Positions 52,433 to 64,000 of a stretch of DNA of 64,000 nucleotides are shown in pieces. Every line of letters begins with the position of its first letter. Within the stretch, counting starts at the first letter, position 1. Source of the stretch: Carcharhinus longimanus (taxonomy: Eukaryota). Under the pieces are notes generated by a model. That model was not told the origin of the DNA and ran no database searches. It saw only the letters and a list, made by a program, of their open reading frames with translations. Both the position numbers and the translations under genes were made by a program. The DNA lies in the NCBI GenBank assembly GCA_030264375.1, contig JASCQW010000112.1:31301529-31365528 (forward strand). The letters are read 5' to 3'.

Positions 52433-53280
52433 TAGAGTCAGAGGTTTACAGCATGGAAACAGGCCCTTCGGCCCAACTTCTCCATACCGTCCTTCCTTTA
52501 AACGACTAAGCTAGTCCCAATTGCCTGCAATTGGCCCATATCCCTCAATAGCCATCTTATTCTTGTAACTGTCAAAACGCTTTTTAAAAGATAAAATTGT
52601 ACCCACCTCTACTGCTACCTCTGGCAGCTTGTTCCAGACACTCACCACCCTCTGTGTGAAAAAAGATGCCCCTCTGGACACTTTTGTATCTCTCCCCTCT
52701 CACCTTAAACCTCCAGTTGTAGACTCATCTGCCTTTGGGTAGGGGAGTCTAAAATTTGCAGATAGAAAAACATTGGCCGAGTAGTGAACAGTGTAGAGGG
52801 TAGCTATAATTTTGAAATAATATAAATGGGTTGGTGGAGTAGGTGGTGAAGAAGCAGACGCATTTTAACACAGAAGAGTGTGAAGTCATGCCATTAGGGA
52901 GGTAAAGCAGTTATAGAGATTACACGATAAATGGAAATATATTAAGAGGAGTAGATGAGGTGAATGATCATGGTGTACAAGTACACTGGTGCCTAAATGC
53001 AGCAGTTCAAGTAGATAAGGTTGTAATGAAGGCACAGGGAATGTTCTCCTTCACTGCCAGAGGTATAGAATACAAAACTAGGGATGTAATGTTGGAATTG
53101 GACAAAATACTGATGAGGCCACATCTGAAATATAGTGTGCAGTTCTTGTCACCATATTACAGTAAGAACGGAATGGTTCTGGAATGAATGTAGAGGAGGT
53201 TTACAAGAATGGTGCCAGGGCTCGAATACTGTTGCTATGAGGAGAGATTAAATAGGTTGTGGTTATTTTCCTTGGAAAAT
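52433..53280. mobile_element. CR1-type LINE pieces in opposite orientations (minus 3' end 52433-52740, plus RT 52753-53280)
   Basis: Plus piece begins aaatttgcagat (KFAD) and encodes RGIEYKTRDVMLELDKILMRPHLKYSVQFLSPYY; minus piece is a CR1 3' tail. Confidence 0.7.
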
Positions 53281-53680
53281 AGCTAACTAAACCCAAAAAT
53301 GACCTGAGCCCGGGCACATTATTGGGATCTGGAGCTTTTTCCTTCACAAGTGATGAACACTGCACTATGGTTTTGTGACTGAGATATTCCACACTTTGTT
53401 CCTGGAAAATTCCCATGCTGCGCTGTAGATGCAATGCTGCCTCTGAAGACTCTAACACTTGATTCAGGGTTGCTGAGGTTCTCCTCCTCAGTTTTCCCTG
53501 CAATTAGATGTAATAAAAATGAACAGCTACGGGAGGAAAACCTTGTCACAGATTATCCATTGTTCCCAGCACGGTTTGAAAACAGAAACTCCAGGTAATC
53601 ACGTACACACAGTATCATCATTTTTAATAACAGGGATATTTGATGCTCCCCAACTGAATGGACTCATCGAGTGGCTGCAA
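53270..53680 (-). mobile_element. Ty3/Gypsy pol (RT) fragment
   Basis: FSWGASNIPVIKNDDTV, QSVEYLSH and APDPNNVPGLRSFLGLVSYF match Gypsy RT/connection motifs (WASPIVxVxK, VEYLGH, LRSFLGLVNYY). Confidence 0.75.
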
Positions 53681-53780
53681 NNNNNNNNNNNNNNNNNNNN
53701 NNNNNNNNNNNNNNNNNNNNNNNNNNNNNNNNNNNNNNNNNNNNNNNNNNNNNNNNNNNNNNNNNNNNNNNNNNNNNNNN

Positions 53781-53935
53781 TGTCTAAATGCTTTTTAAAA
53801 GACAAAATTGTACCCACCTCTACTGCTACCTCTGGCAGCTTGTTCCAGACACTCACCACCCTCTGTGTGAAAAAATTGCCCTTCTGGACCCTTTTGTATT
53901 TCTCCCCACTCACCTTAAACCTATGCCCTCTAGAT
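53781..53935 (-). mobile_element. CR1-type LINE 3' fragment, near-duplicate of 52569-52715
   Basis: RVQKGNFFTQRVVSVWNKLPEVAVEVGTILSFKKHLD is the CR1 ORF2 C-terminus. Confidence 0.8.
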
Positions 53936-54696
53936 GCCTGAACCAGTTGGGTTTTTATGACTTTCCAGCAGATTCTTGATCATCTCTGCCTGAGACTAGC
54001 TTTTTATTCCAGCTTTATTAATTTGTTGAATTAAAATTCCATCAGTGCCAGAATGGGATTTAAACTTGCCTCTGCAGCATTAATCCAGACCTCTAGATTT
54101 CTACTCCAGTTGCATTTCGACTCTTGCTATCATTCCCCCAGCTACACCATTTGAGCTTTAACTCAGAAGAATTTGAGTTCATGCTTTGCTGTGTTTTTGA
54201 TTTCTTGCACCCAAAAAGAACAAATTCTGGTTATTTTTGCATTCCCTAAGAAGTGATTACTCTGAATATTTTGATGAATACAAGGGAGAGTAGGAGGGAG
54301 TTGAAGCTCGCAAACAGATGTCCTACTCTGCTATAAGTGGTCACTTTTGCTCTTGGCCTCTTTTTTGTTTTTTTTAAACTCCTTGAAACTGTAGGCTCAG
54401 ATGGTTACTGGGAGCTGAAATCTGTAACTTGACAGTTCTCCTCAGCTGGAAGTGATTGCTCTGGGATTGTCCACAAACAGGCAGATTGAAGCTTTTCATG
54501 GCTTTGAGAGTTTTTTTTAACATGTGTTCCAAACCTGTAAAATACCAATGTACCGATAGATAACCATTTTCTTGTAAATGTTTTGCTTAATTTAGCTATG
54601 TTACCAACATTATTCCTTGGAACAAATACTCAGTTTAGTGATGATTCACAGATTTTCCAAACGGGTATGAAAATCCCATTTGGTTTGTACTTACTC

Positions 54697-55015
54697 ATAG
54701 AATCCCTACAGTGAAGGAGGAGGCCATTTGGCCTATTGAATCTATATTCTCTGGCACAGCCTCTCACCTAGGCTGTATCCCTGTAACTCTACATATTTAG
54801 TCTGCTAATCCCCCTAGCCTATAAGTCTTGGGACACTAAGGGGCAATTTAGCACAGCCAATCCACCTAACCTGCGCATCTTTGGACTGTGGGAGGAAACT
54901 GGAGCACCTGAAGGAAACACACTCGAGCACGGAGAAAACATGCAAACTCCACACAGACCATCACCCAAGTCCCTGGTGCTGTAAGGCAGCAGTGCTAACC
55001 ACTGTCACCATGCTG
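54697..55015 (-). mobile_element. HE1-type SINE
   Basis: Collinear with the 16983-17325 copy. Confidence 0.8.
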
Positions 55016-56414
55016 TGGGCAAATTTTATTTTGTGCTTTCTTAACTATCTTTTCAAGAAATGCTTGCTTGCAACAGTGACAATGCACTCATGGATCTCAA
55101 AACATTATTCATAATACTCTAGTGATGTTTAGCATAAACAGGATTTAACTATGGCACTTTCAAGAGTGAATTTCTGTAGTGTTTTATCCTGACGCTTTGG
55201 GATTTTGATTTTGTGAACCTTGTGGGGTGTTTTGGTTTACTGTAAGTTTATGTTCCTCAAATGGTCAGTATGAGGTAAAACAGTTAAACTTGGGATCAGC
55301 ATTTGTTTTGGTTCTCGGGCAAGTAATTATATCTTTTTAAAGAAGTCGCTTTGCAGGACTATTTCTTGTAAATGTTTGTCACAGATTTACACAAGTATAT
55401 TTGCTTCACTTGACACTTCAGTAAGTGCATCTGTTCAGAACGACATATGTACAGGTCGAGCAATTTTAAATTTGTATTCCTAAATATTTTCCATTTTATC
55501 CCCCACTGTAGACTCTAGAATTTAACCAAAAACTGAAGTTGGAGTAAATTGTCTATAATTGTTTGGTTTTCTCCTGTCTCATTTTCAAGACGCAGGGTCC
55601 ATTTGCCATTCTCCAGTCGTCTAGCACAATCTATGTTTTCACAGAATTTTAAAGTCATAGTCAGCCTCTGTGGTTTCCTACCCCCAACCCTGCCTGCCCC
55701 AACCAAATTGTCAGAATACTCAGATGTAAATCATAAGGTTTCAGTGATTTTGTTTAAACCTCAGTCTGGATGACTTCCTGTAGCACCATTTCTCTTTGAA
55801 TAGTCGTCCATAACTGTTGTATATTCTGGCAATCCTATAATCCAAACATGCCTCTATGACTAACAGCTTATTTAGGATGGTTGTGGCACAGACAGACCAT
55901 TTGGCCCATTGTGTCCATGTTGGCTCTACAAGAGCAACTTCCCTATTCACATTCTCCTGCCTTATAGAGTATATTGTGTTTCTCACTTGTCTCTATCACT
56001 TCTATCTTATAAAGAATNNNNNNNNNNNNNNNNNNNNNNNNNNNNNNNNNNNNNNNNNNNNNNNNNNNNNNNNNNNNNNNNNNNNNNNNNNNNTTTCTCC
56101 TGGCATTCATTATATTATTTAAGTTTTAATTTCAGCCCCTTACACTCTGTTTTTATCCAACTGGTAGATATTTCATTTGCACCTTTTCTGCCTGTAAATC
56201 AATTCCATTGCTGATCAGTGGTTTTATTTCACGGTCTCTTGTCTTGTTTATTTTTCTCTCTCTCTCTCTCTTCCCTCCTTCTCCTTCTCCTCCTTCTCCT
56301 CCCCCCCCCTCCCCCATTAAGGTGACCTTCAACTTTTCTTTCTCTTTTTTTATTCCAACATTGAACCTAATTATGTTGTGTTCACTACTTAGGAATGGTG
56401 ATGAAAGTGCAATG

Positions 56415-56705
56415 AGGCGTCACGGTGGCACAGTGGTTAGCACTGCTACCTCACAGCCGGGCTCAAGTCAGGCCTCAGGTCACTGGATGGAGTTTGGACA
56501 TTCTGTCCATGTCTGAGTGCATTTCCTCCCACACTCCAAAGATGTGCAGGTCAGGTTGATTGACCACACTAAATTGCCCCTTAGTGTCAAGAGGATTAGC
56601 TGGTTAAATATGTGAGGTTAAGGGGATAAGGCCTGGGTGGGATTGTTGCTGATGCAGGTTTGATGGGCCAAATGGCCTCCTTTGCAGTGTCGGGATTCCT
56701 AGATG
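56415..56705 (+). mobile_element. HE1-type SINE
   Basis: cacggtggcacagtggttagcactgctacctcacag...caaagatgtgcagg...ttgatgggccaaatggcctcc. Confidence 0.8.
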
Positions 56706-59700
56706 CTTTCATTCCTGATGCAGCATAACTGCAAAGCCCTCTAGCTTTGCAGTTAAATGTACTGTGGGTTTGTTTTCTCTGTTGTTGTGGCTTATCCAAG
56801 TCCCGTGCCTGCTTACAATTATACCCAATTGGGCTTGGTTTCTCTTCTGCAGAGTTCAATGCTTAATTTCTGTTCACCCCTGGGTACTGAGCCACTGCTA
56901 TTCATTAGAACACCACTGGGATTATTTTTTTTGTATTCTACTGAACGCTTCCCCATAGGCAAAGTTCCACCACCTCCAATCAACAACTGTACTTGAAGTA
57001 TGTCATTAACAAAACTATTATTCAAGTTAGTAATTTTCTTGCCATGGCTCCTGCAGTTTAATAGGGACGTAGTTAATTGAGTCCTTGCAACAAGTTGATC
57101 AATATTGATCAAAGTTTCCTTCATCTGCTTGCTGAAGGCAACATTGGACTCCATCTGTATGACAGACTCATCTAGCTTTCTTCATCTGTGGTAATTGCAT
57201 AAGAGGATGATGGACAGCTAATACAGTGAGCAATTCATCTTCGAGGAAAAAATACGAAATTTAGCATTTAGTAACAAAAGCTGGGTTTCCTGATTTATTG
57301 GTGTTATTAATATCGTGTTTATATTCTCAATGATCTCAGGATGTGGACAGTGCTGGCAAGTCTACATTTATCTTGCATCCAGTATTGCCCTGAAGGTGGC
57401 AGGCTGCCAGCTTGAAACATAGCCCAAACAACTTGTGTTAACATTGCAGGTCTGTGACCATTCATCAGAGATCTGCAACATCGGCTTGGATTTTTGCTTC
57501 TGAGTTGGGTAGCTCGAACCAGGATATTTTGTGGTTTGGAACATCTGAGAGAAATAGTGCCACAAATGGTGGGATATTTGCCCTAGGAAGGGGTGGATGC
57601 AAGATGGAGTCTGACCCTTTGCCATTTGGTCACCGTTCAGAAATGGGCACAGAGGTTGTTGAGTACCAAGGTGGGCTGTTTAAAAGGTCTGCCTCAGTTC
57701 TCTTAATGTTTTCTTAAACATTAGATCCTCTAGCCCTCCCACTCCTTCATTTCCCCCCCACAAACTCTCCATGCCACACTTGCAAACTTGCATCTCCACT
57801 ACCTTCATTGGCCCTCATACCTCCATACATCTTACTCTATCCACATAGCAGACTTCAGGAGCCATGCTGAAATAAAATAAAGTTCTAAAAATCTATTGCA
57901 CACTTCACTACAGAAACAGCACTCCCCCATTCACAAATGCATTTAAATCCCCTCAAGTACTTTATCACTTATAGAGGTTTTGTATTTGCAACCCCACATT
58001 AAAGACAGCTAATTTTTTTTAATAACTTCTTTGAGCTGCTGATTGAACTGAACTTAAGATTACTGCCTTTGTGGTGATAGAATGGTAGATAATTCAGCCA
58101 AACATTTATAATGCTATGGCAATGGCACTTTGAGTTATGTCAACAAACAGCACTTGAATCTATGAGAACGGATACTTTTCAACTCTCTCAGGCAGTATTT
58201 GTTAATATTTAAAGACTGGCCATTTAAATGACGTGACTTTATCTGCCCTTTAAGAGCTTCGAATTTGCCAAAGATTCATAATTTTCACAATGCAGGATAA
58301 GACCCTTGCCCTTGGGAAAATGGGGTCTGCTTGAACTCAGCACTGAGTTTAAATGGCTCCGCTGAGTTCTTGTTTCAAATGTGAGAAAATTGAGGTAGGA
58401 CATCAAAATCTGGGTCCTGCCTACTCTTTGGAAGGTCACAGAAATCTTCACAACTGCAAAATCTAGGATCATTAAGTCTGGCATTACAGATGAATGCTCA
58501 TACCTTTGTAGTTTGTGAGATTAGTTTACTTTCATCATGTCACGTAAAATGATTTAAAGCTAATTGTTTCTTACTTGTCTAATATGGGTTGTTAACCAAT
58601 TGGAGTGACTGCTAGCTAACTTCAGTTGCCAGACAATGATCCACAATTGACTTGTGATTTTATTGCAAAAAAATACAGAAGTTCTGCGTATTTCATGGTG
58701 CAAAATGTCATCCATTTATAAACTCTCAAAAAAGCAAAAAGCTTTCTTTCCTTTCTCAGGGAATGGTTCTGTGTCTTTAAAACCACTGTTGTTTATTCCA
58801 ATCATAGATAATTCAGCCCACATGTCTAAGCTTGCCCTTTGCTGGAGGAATCCATAACCAACAATACTCTCTCCACAGAGCACCTCATTAATAAGCACCA
58901 CAAATAATAATTAAGCCACTTTTCCCTTAAAACTATGGAATGATAGTTCGGCCAAGTAACTGTTTGTCACATGCTGAGTTTGGAGCTGTAAACCAGAAGA
59001 TCAAGTGAGACACTAAGTGGAAGGGAAAGCATTTTCATGGAGCAGAGTAACATGGGAAGAAGCAGCATCAATGGTTCTGCGAGCAGCTAACTCGAGAGTG
59101 TAAAGAAGATCATGCAACAACAGAATCAAAGTAAATTAAGGCAAAACATAATTTAATTTGTCAGCAATGCATCTCAAATTAAACTTATTGCAATATATAT
59201 AACATTTAGAAAACAATGGTGCAAAATTTAAATGGGGAAAACTATTTAAAAATTCTGATTGTATTGGCAAATGGATTCTGTTTTAAATTCAAAACAGCAC
59301 TGCAGGTATTCAAAAATATTTCAATCATCACCGTCCTTGGTAGTTTTCACCACAAGTTGTTCTGACTAGAGGCAGAAATGAAATAAAGCATTTGTCTTTT
59401 GATCAAGTGGCTGTGTACATTCCAGTACGAAATTTATAGATTTAATCGGGCCAAAATGTCCCAGTGCCAATTTTAACAGAATATCTGCCTGCTGAATGGG
59501 CTGTGTTTCATGATATTTGGTAGCAGGATTAGGAAGGAAGAGGCTTGCACATAAGGTTGGCTGATTATGTAAACGTATGTAAGCAGGCGTGATGTCAGGG
59601 GATTTTTTTTAGCTCGACCACATGATTCAACTGGCGATATGCTCAAGTGGTGCTCACAGATGGTGTTTTCAACAGCAGCTGACTTAGCTAATGAATATAA

Positions 59701-62323
59701 ACAAGGAGAAGCCCCTTGTGTATTCGGATGAGCTTTGGAGTTGATTCTGAAATACGTTTTTGTTATGGGTTATCGTAAACTGGATTTTTGTGAGGTTTAG
59801 TATGTTTGAGTTTGCATGAGCTACTTGATGCTTTTCCCTGGCCAGGTTTCATTTTCATATGCCCCTCGTTGACCCTATGTTATTGCCTTAAAGAAACTGG
59901 AGAGGTTTTGAGATGGAACCTCAGAGCTCGGAACTGGACTGCTGAAGACACAGCTTCCAAAAGTGAAGCAATTATAAGAGGATGCTCAAGAGGCCGATAT
60001 TAGATGAGGCACAGTTGTCCTGGAAGCTTGAGAGGCTAGGGCAGATTTGAGATAGGGTGGGACATGGAGGGGTTTTACAGAAGGCGGCCATTTGGCCCAT
60101 TGTGTCTATGCCAGTCTCCAATGCAGCATTTCATTTAGTGCCATTCCCTGGCCTTCTCTTCGTAGCCTTCATTTTCAGATAATGATTCAATTTGCCCTTG
60201 ATTTCCTCGGTTTACCTGCTTTTTCCACCTATATCCCATATCCTGAACAAAAGTTTTGAAATTGAGGCGTTTGATTATGAGCAAGTACAGGGATAAGGGG
60301 AAACATGACTTGGTGTGTGTAAGGATATAGATACTGGATGAGTAATGATCGTGAATGCTAACAGTTTTGCCATCACTATTGCCATAAAATTTGGGCCACA
60401 GCATCTAACTGGATCATTTATGAATGTACAGGAAGAAAGTTTGGACTCAGTGACAATTATATATTCTGTCTCCCCAGATGCTGTCAAACCTGCTGAGATT
60501 CTCCAGCATTTTCTGTTTTTGTTTCAGATTCCAGCATCCACAATCATTTGCTTTTATACAATTTATACTTCTTGAGAATCTTTGAGTTTGCATGAGCACT
60601 TTTGATTATTGCACAGACGTGCAATTTACTGAAATATTGTGTGGAGTTTGTACCAACCAAATAAAATTACGTAAGTGCTTCAGATCCACTGGAGTTCTAA
60701 GCATTTTAAGTTGGATTGTTTATGAATAATTATTCAAATGCAGAATCAAAGTATGCATCTGGATTTGTGACTGAGTGTAATGTTCACTTTGACTTCAAGA
60801 ATAGTTGCACAGTTCCTATGGTACATTTCCAATTTGCTTATGAATGGATTATTTTTTCTGAAACTTCAAACATCTGCAACAGTCTTGAACTTCATTCATG
60901 CACTGATTTCCATTTCAATGGTCGGCTGTGAATCAACATTGTATTCTTGGCAGTAGGGAGAACAAAAGAGTCTTAACTTGAGGTTCACAGGACGCAACAA
61001 GTGAGCATTAAATGAGATTTGAGAGCTGTAACAATACTGGGAAAATGTGAATTTTGCACCTGCTACTACTCCTTCATGATTAGTGTCCCGGCTTTAACGG
61101 GCTGAGCAGAGCCCCCCTGCCTGCTACCTTCAGCTTGCATTTAGTTTAAATTGGATTTTATGGGGAGGTTGGCCTCCTGGCTTCCCGTGCACACCAGTGA
61201 CAATCCCAAAGCAAACTTGACAATTTTTCCAATGCCAGCTGCCGCAAAGGCCCGTTTTTATTGAGTTTCAGCGCACCTCGTTGCTAAAGGACTTCCTTCA
61301 CCCTGGACCCTGCTTAACACTTGGCAAAATAAGATGAATTAAAATTTCAGGCATGATGATCTTCAGGTCTGAAAGATCAACCTAGCATTTTAATGGCTGT
61401 GGGTGACAGAAACTGGAGGAGAAGGCTTCACATACTCCAACCTCGAGAGGAAGTTAATGAACTGCACACTGCTTTTAAAACAGAATGCGTGACATTTCCA
61501 TTTGTAATAGATCCACTTGCTGAGGCAATAGACATTCTAAAATATAAATGAACTTATAAATAGCTAAGACAGTGAGAGGCTTGTCCTAGGAAAACATTGA
61601 GAGAATGGAATAAATTGTGGGAAGGGGAAGCAAAAAGAGATTATGGGTGCAGAAATAAAATTAGAACTGCAGTGTTGAAAACACTGAGAATGTCAGTTTC
61701 ATAAGAAGAAAAGGACCAGCCAATGTCAGGTGCTTTGACCTCAGTCAAACTGTGTTTCTAAGAATCTATACTAAGATGTTCTCTTTGTCTGTTTCCAACC
61801 ACCTCCCACCACCACCACCACCACCACTACTATACTATAAAGAAACTAAGTTAAGTATGAAGTTGCAGAAGTCATGTTCAGACCAGTGTGCTCAGAAAAA
61901 AAATTTCTTGAAGCTTATTTTCAGTTAAATCTGAGTAGATAAAGTTGGCGTTTCCTATCTTTCCCCTGTTAACCTGAGTGCTGATTGGACCGTGCCTGCA
62001 TGTTTGAACCAAGCAACTCAGATTCCATTTATTGATGCATCTTGTGCATTGAGAAATATTTACTGTATGTTTTGCACCATCCTATGCAACTTGTGCATTC
62101 AAATGTAATGGACAAAGGCAGAACATAAACCATTTTATCCCTGCCATCTTAATTCCTTTTCTGAACTTTGCTAACTCTTGCATTTTGACGAAAGCCTCGA
62201 ACTTGCCCAGCAACTGTTCCTTTCATCACTTTCATTTTCCCTCTTGCTGCTAGTTGTCCGTTACTTCAATTCTGCAAAAGTATCATTGTTGCATGACGTG
62301 CTTTTCTTTAGATTAGAAAGTAA

Positions 62324-62638
<315 letters not shown>

Positions 62639-63269
62639 TAAAATGATTATCTTGTAAAATTGCTATTTACCTATAATATGATAACACTAACCAAAAACAT
62701 ACTGGCAGTTTGCTTTGTTATCTAATCCTATTGGAGTGCTTTCCTTCATTTCCTCTATTCTTGTTCCTTCCATTTTTATGTGCGCTATGCTTTTTAAATA
62801 AAGATCTCAATGCTATCACAAGATGGTTAGGCGTTTAATGTCAATCTGATGCTATTGCATTGATCAATTCTCGTGCAATTGTGATTCCTTAAATATTGCT
62901 AAATTGATTGAGGAAAAATATTTTTCTATAAACAAGTAGGATAATACGTTTTAAATCATTACTTTTGAGTCAAGTGTCTGGACCTATGTGAACTTGCCTG
63001 ATAACTTTATTCCTTTTGGGAATATTGACCTGAATCACCCCTAGATAGGCATTCCTTAACATAAAGTTATATCTTAATTGGGCGATCAACTTGCCTGTTT
63101 TAGAATCAGTCTTCCCTTGCTATAATGTTGTGTTAATGCCAAACATAATTCGCATTCACCCATCTTTGCATCAGTATTCACAAAGGAGAAGTAAATGGTG
63201 GGTGGTGAGTGTAGAAAGGATATTGATATTCTAGGACATGTTGAAATAAAAAGAGAAGGTATTGAAATT

Positions 63270-64000
63270 TCTCCCATAACGTTTTGAAAAACATTAAAGG
63301 GGACAACTCCACAGGGCCAGATAAAGTCTATCCCAGAACACAGAGAGGCGAGGGAAGAAATTGCTGAGGCTTGGCCAAAATCTTTGTATCTTCCTTAGAC
63401 ATGGGCGAGGTACCAGAGGACTAGAGAGCAGCTAACACTGTTCCTCTGTTTAAGAAGGACAGAAGAAACAATCTGGCAAATTACAGGCCAGCAAGCTTAC
63501 ATCAGTTGTGGGGAAATTATTGGAGAAGATTCTTACGTACAGGACACACTCACATCTGGAAGAGAATAGGCTTATTAGCGATAGGCAACATGGTTTAGTG
63601 AAGGGGAGGTCGTGTCTCACAAGCTTGATTTGAGCTCTTTGAGGAAGTGACATAAAAAATTGACCAGAGCAGGGCAGTGGATGTTGTGTGTATGAACTTT
63701 AATAAAGCCTTCAACAAGGTTACTCAGGCTGATTCAGGAGGTGAAGTCATATAGGATCCGAGGTGAGCTAGTAAGATAGATACAAAGCTGGCTTGAGCGT
63801 AGAGTCAGAGAGTAGGTACTTATCTAACTGGAGGTCTGTGACAAGCAGTGTTCCACAAGGATCAGTGCTGGGCCCTCTGTTGTTTGTAACATATATAAGT
63901 GATTTGGAGGAAAATGTAGATGGTCTGATTAGTAAATTTGCAGAGGATACAAAAATTGGGAATTAGTGAATATTGAGGAGGATTGTCAAAGGATACAGTA
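63270..64000 (+). mobile_element. CR1-type LINE reverse-transcriptase fragment, runs off the window
   Basis: aattacaggcca (NYRP), caacatggtttagtgaaggggaggtcgtgtctcaca (QHGLVKGRSCLT), gttccacaaggatcagtgctgggccct (VPQGSVLGP), aaatttgcagaggatacaaaa (KFAEDTK); frameshifted. Confidence 0.85.

Overview
Vertebrate genomic DNA with many N gaps, almost certainly from a shark or other elasmobranch, judged by its repeats (HE1-type tRNA-derived SINEs, Deu-domain SINEs, CR1/L2-type LINE fragments, Penelope-type elements, Harbinger fossils). It holds two head-to-head genes, the same arrangement as human 14q32. CKB (brain-type creatine kinase) is complete on the minus strand: promoter ~30.6 kb, stop at 10260, CDS 193+155+133+172+124+190+179 = 1146 nt = 381 aa. 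TRMT61A (tRNA m1A58 methyltransferase catalytic subunit) is on the plus strand, with coding exons at 46113-46443 and 62349-62615 and the rest outside the window. The main finding is that CKB has two intact, anciently duplicated first coding exons (MPFSNSH... and MAPLKIKRL...), predicting 381-aa and 376-aa isoforms like the chicken Bb/Ba pair, with double inclusion causing a premature stop. Other notable signals: a probable compact bidirectional CKB/TRMT61A promoter, an 88-bp duplication of the exon 5 acceptor that creates a candidate poison splice site, minimal hammerhead-ribozyme motifs in Penelope-type inserts, and a nested palindrome downstream of CKB. All calls are from reading by eye. Repeat boundaries are approximate and no database search was run.
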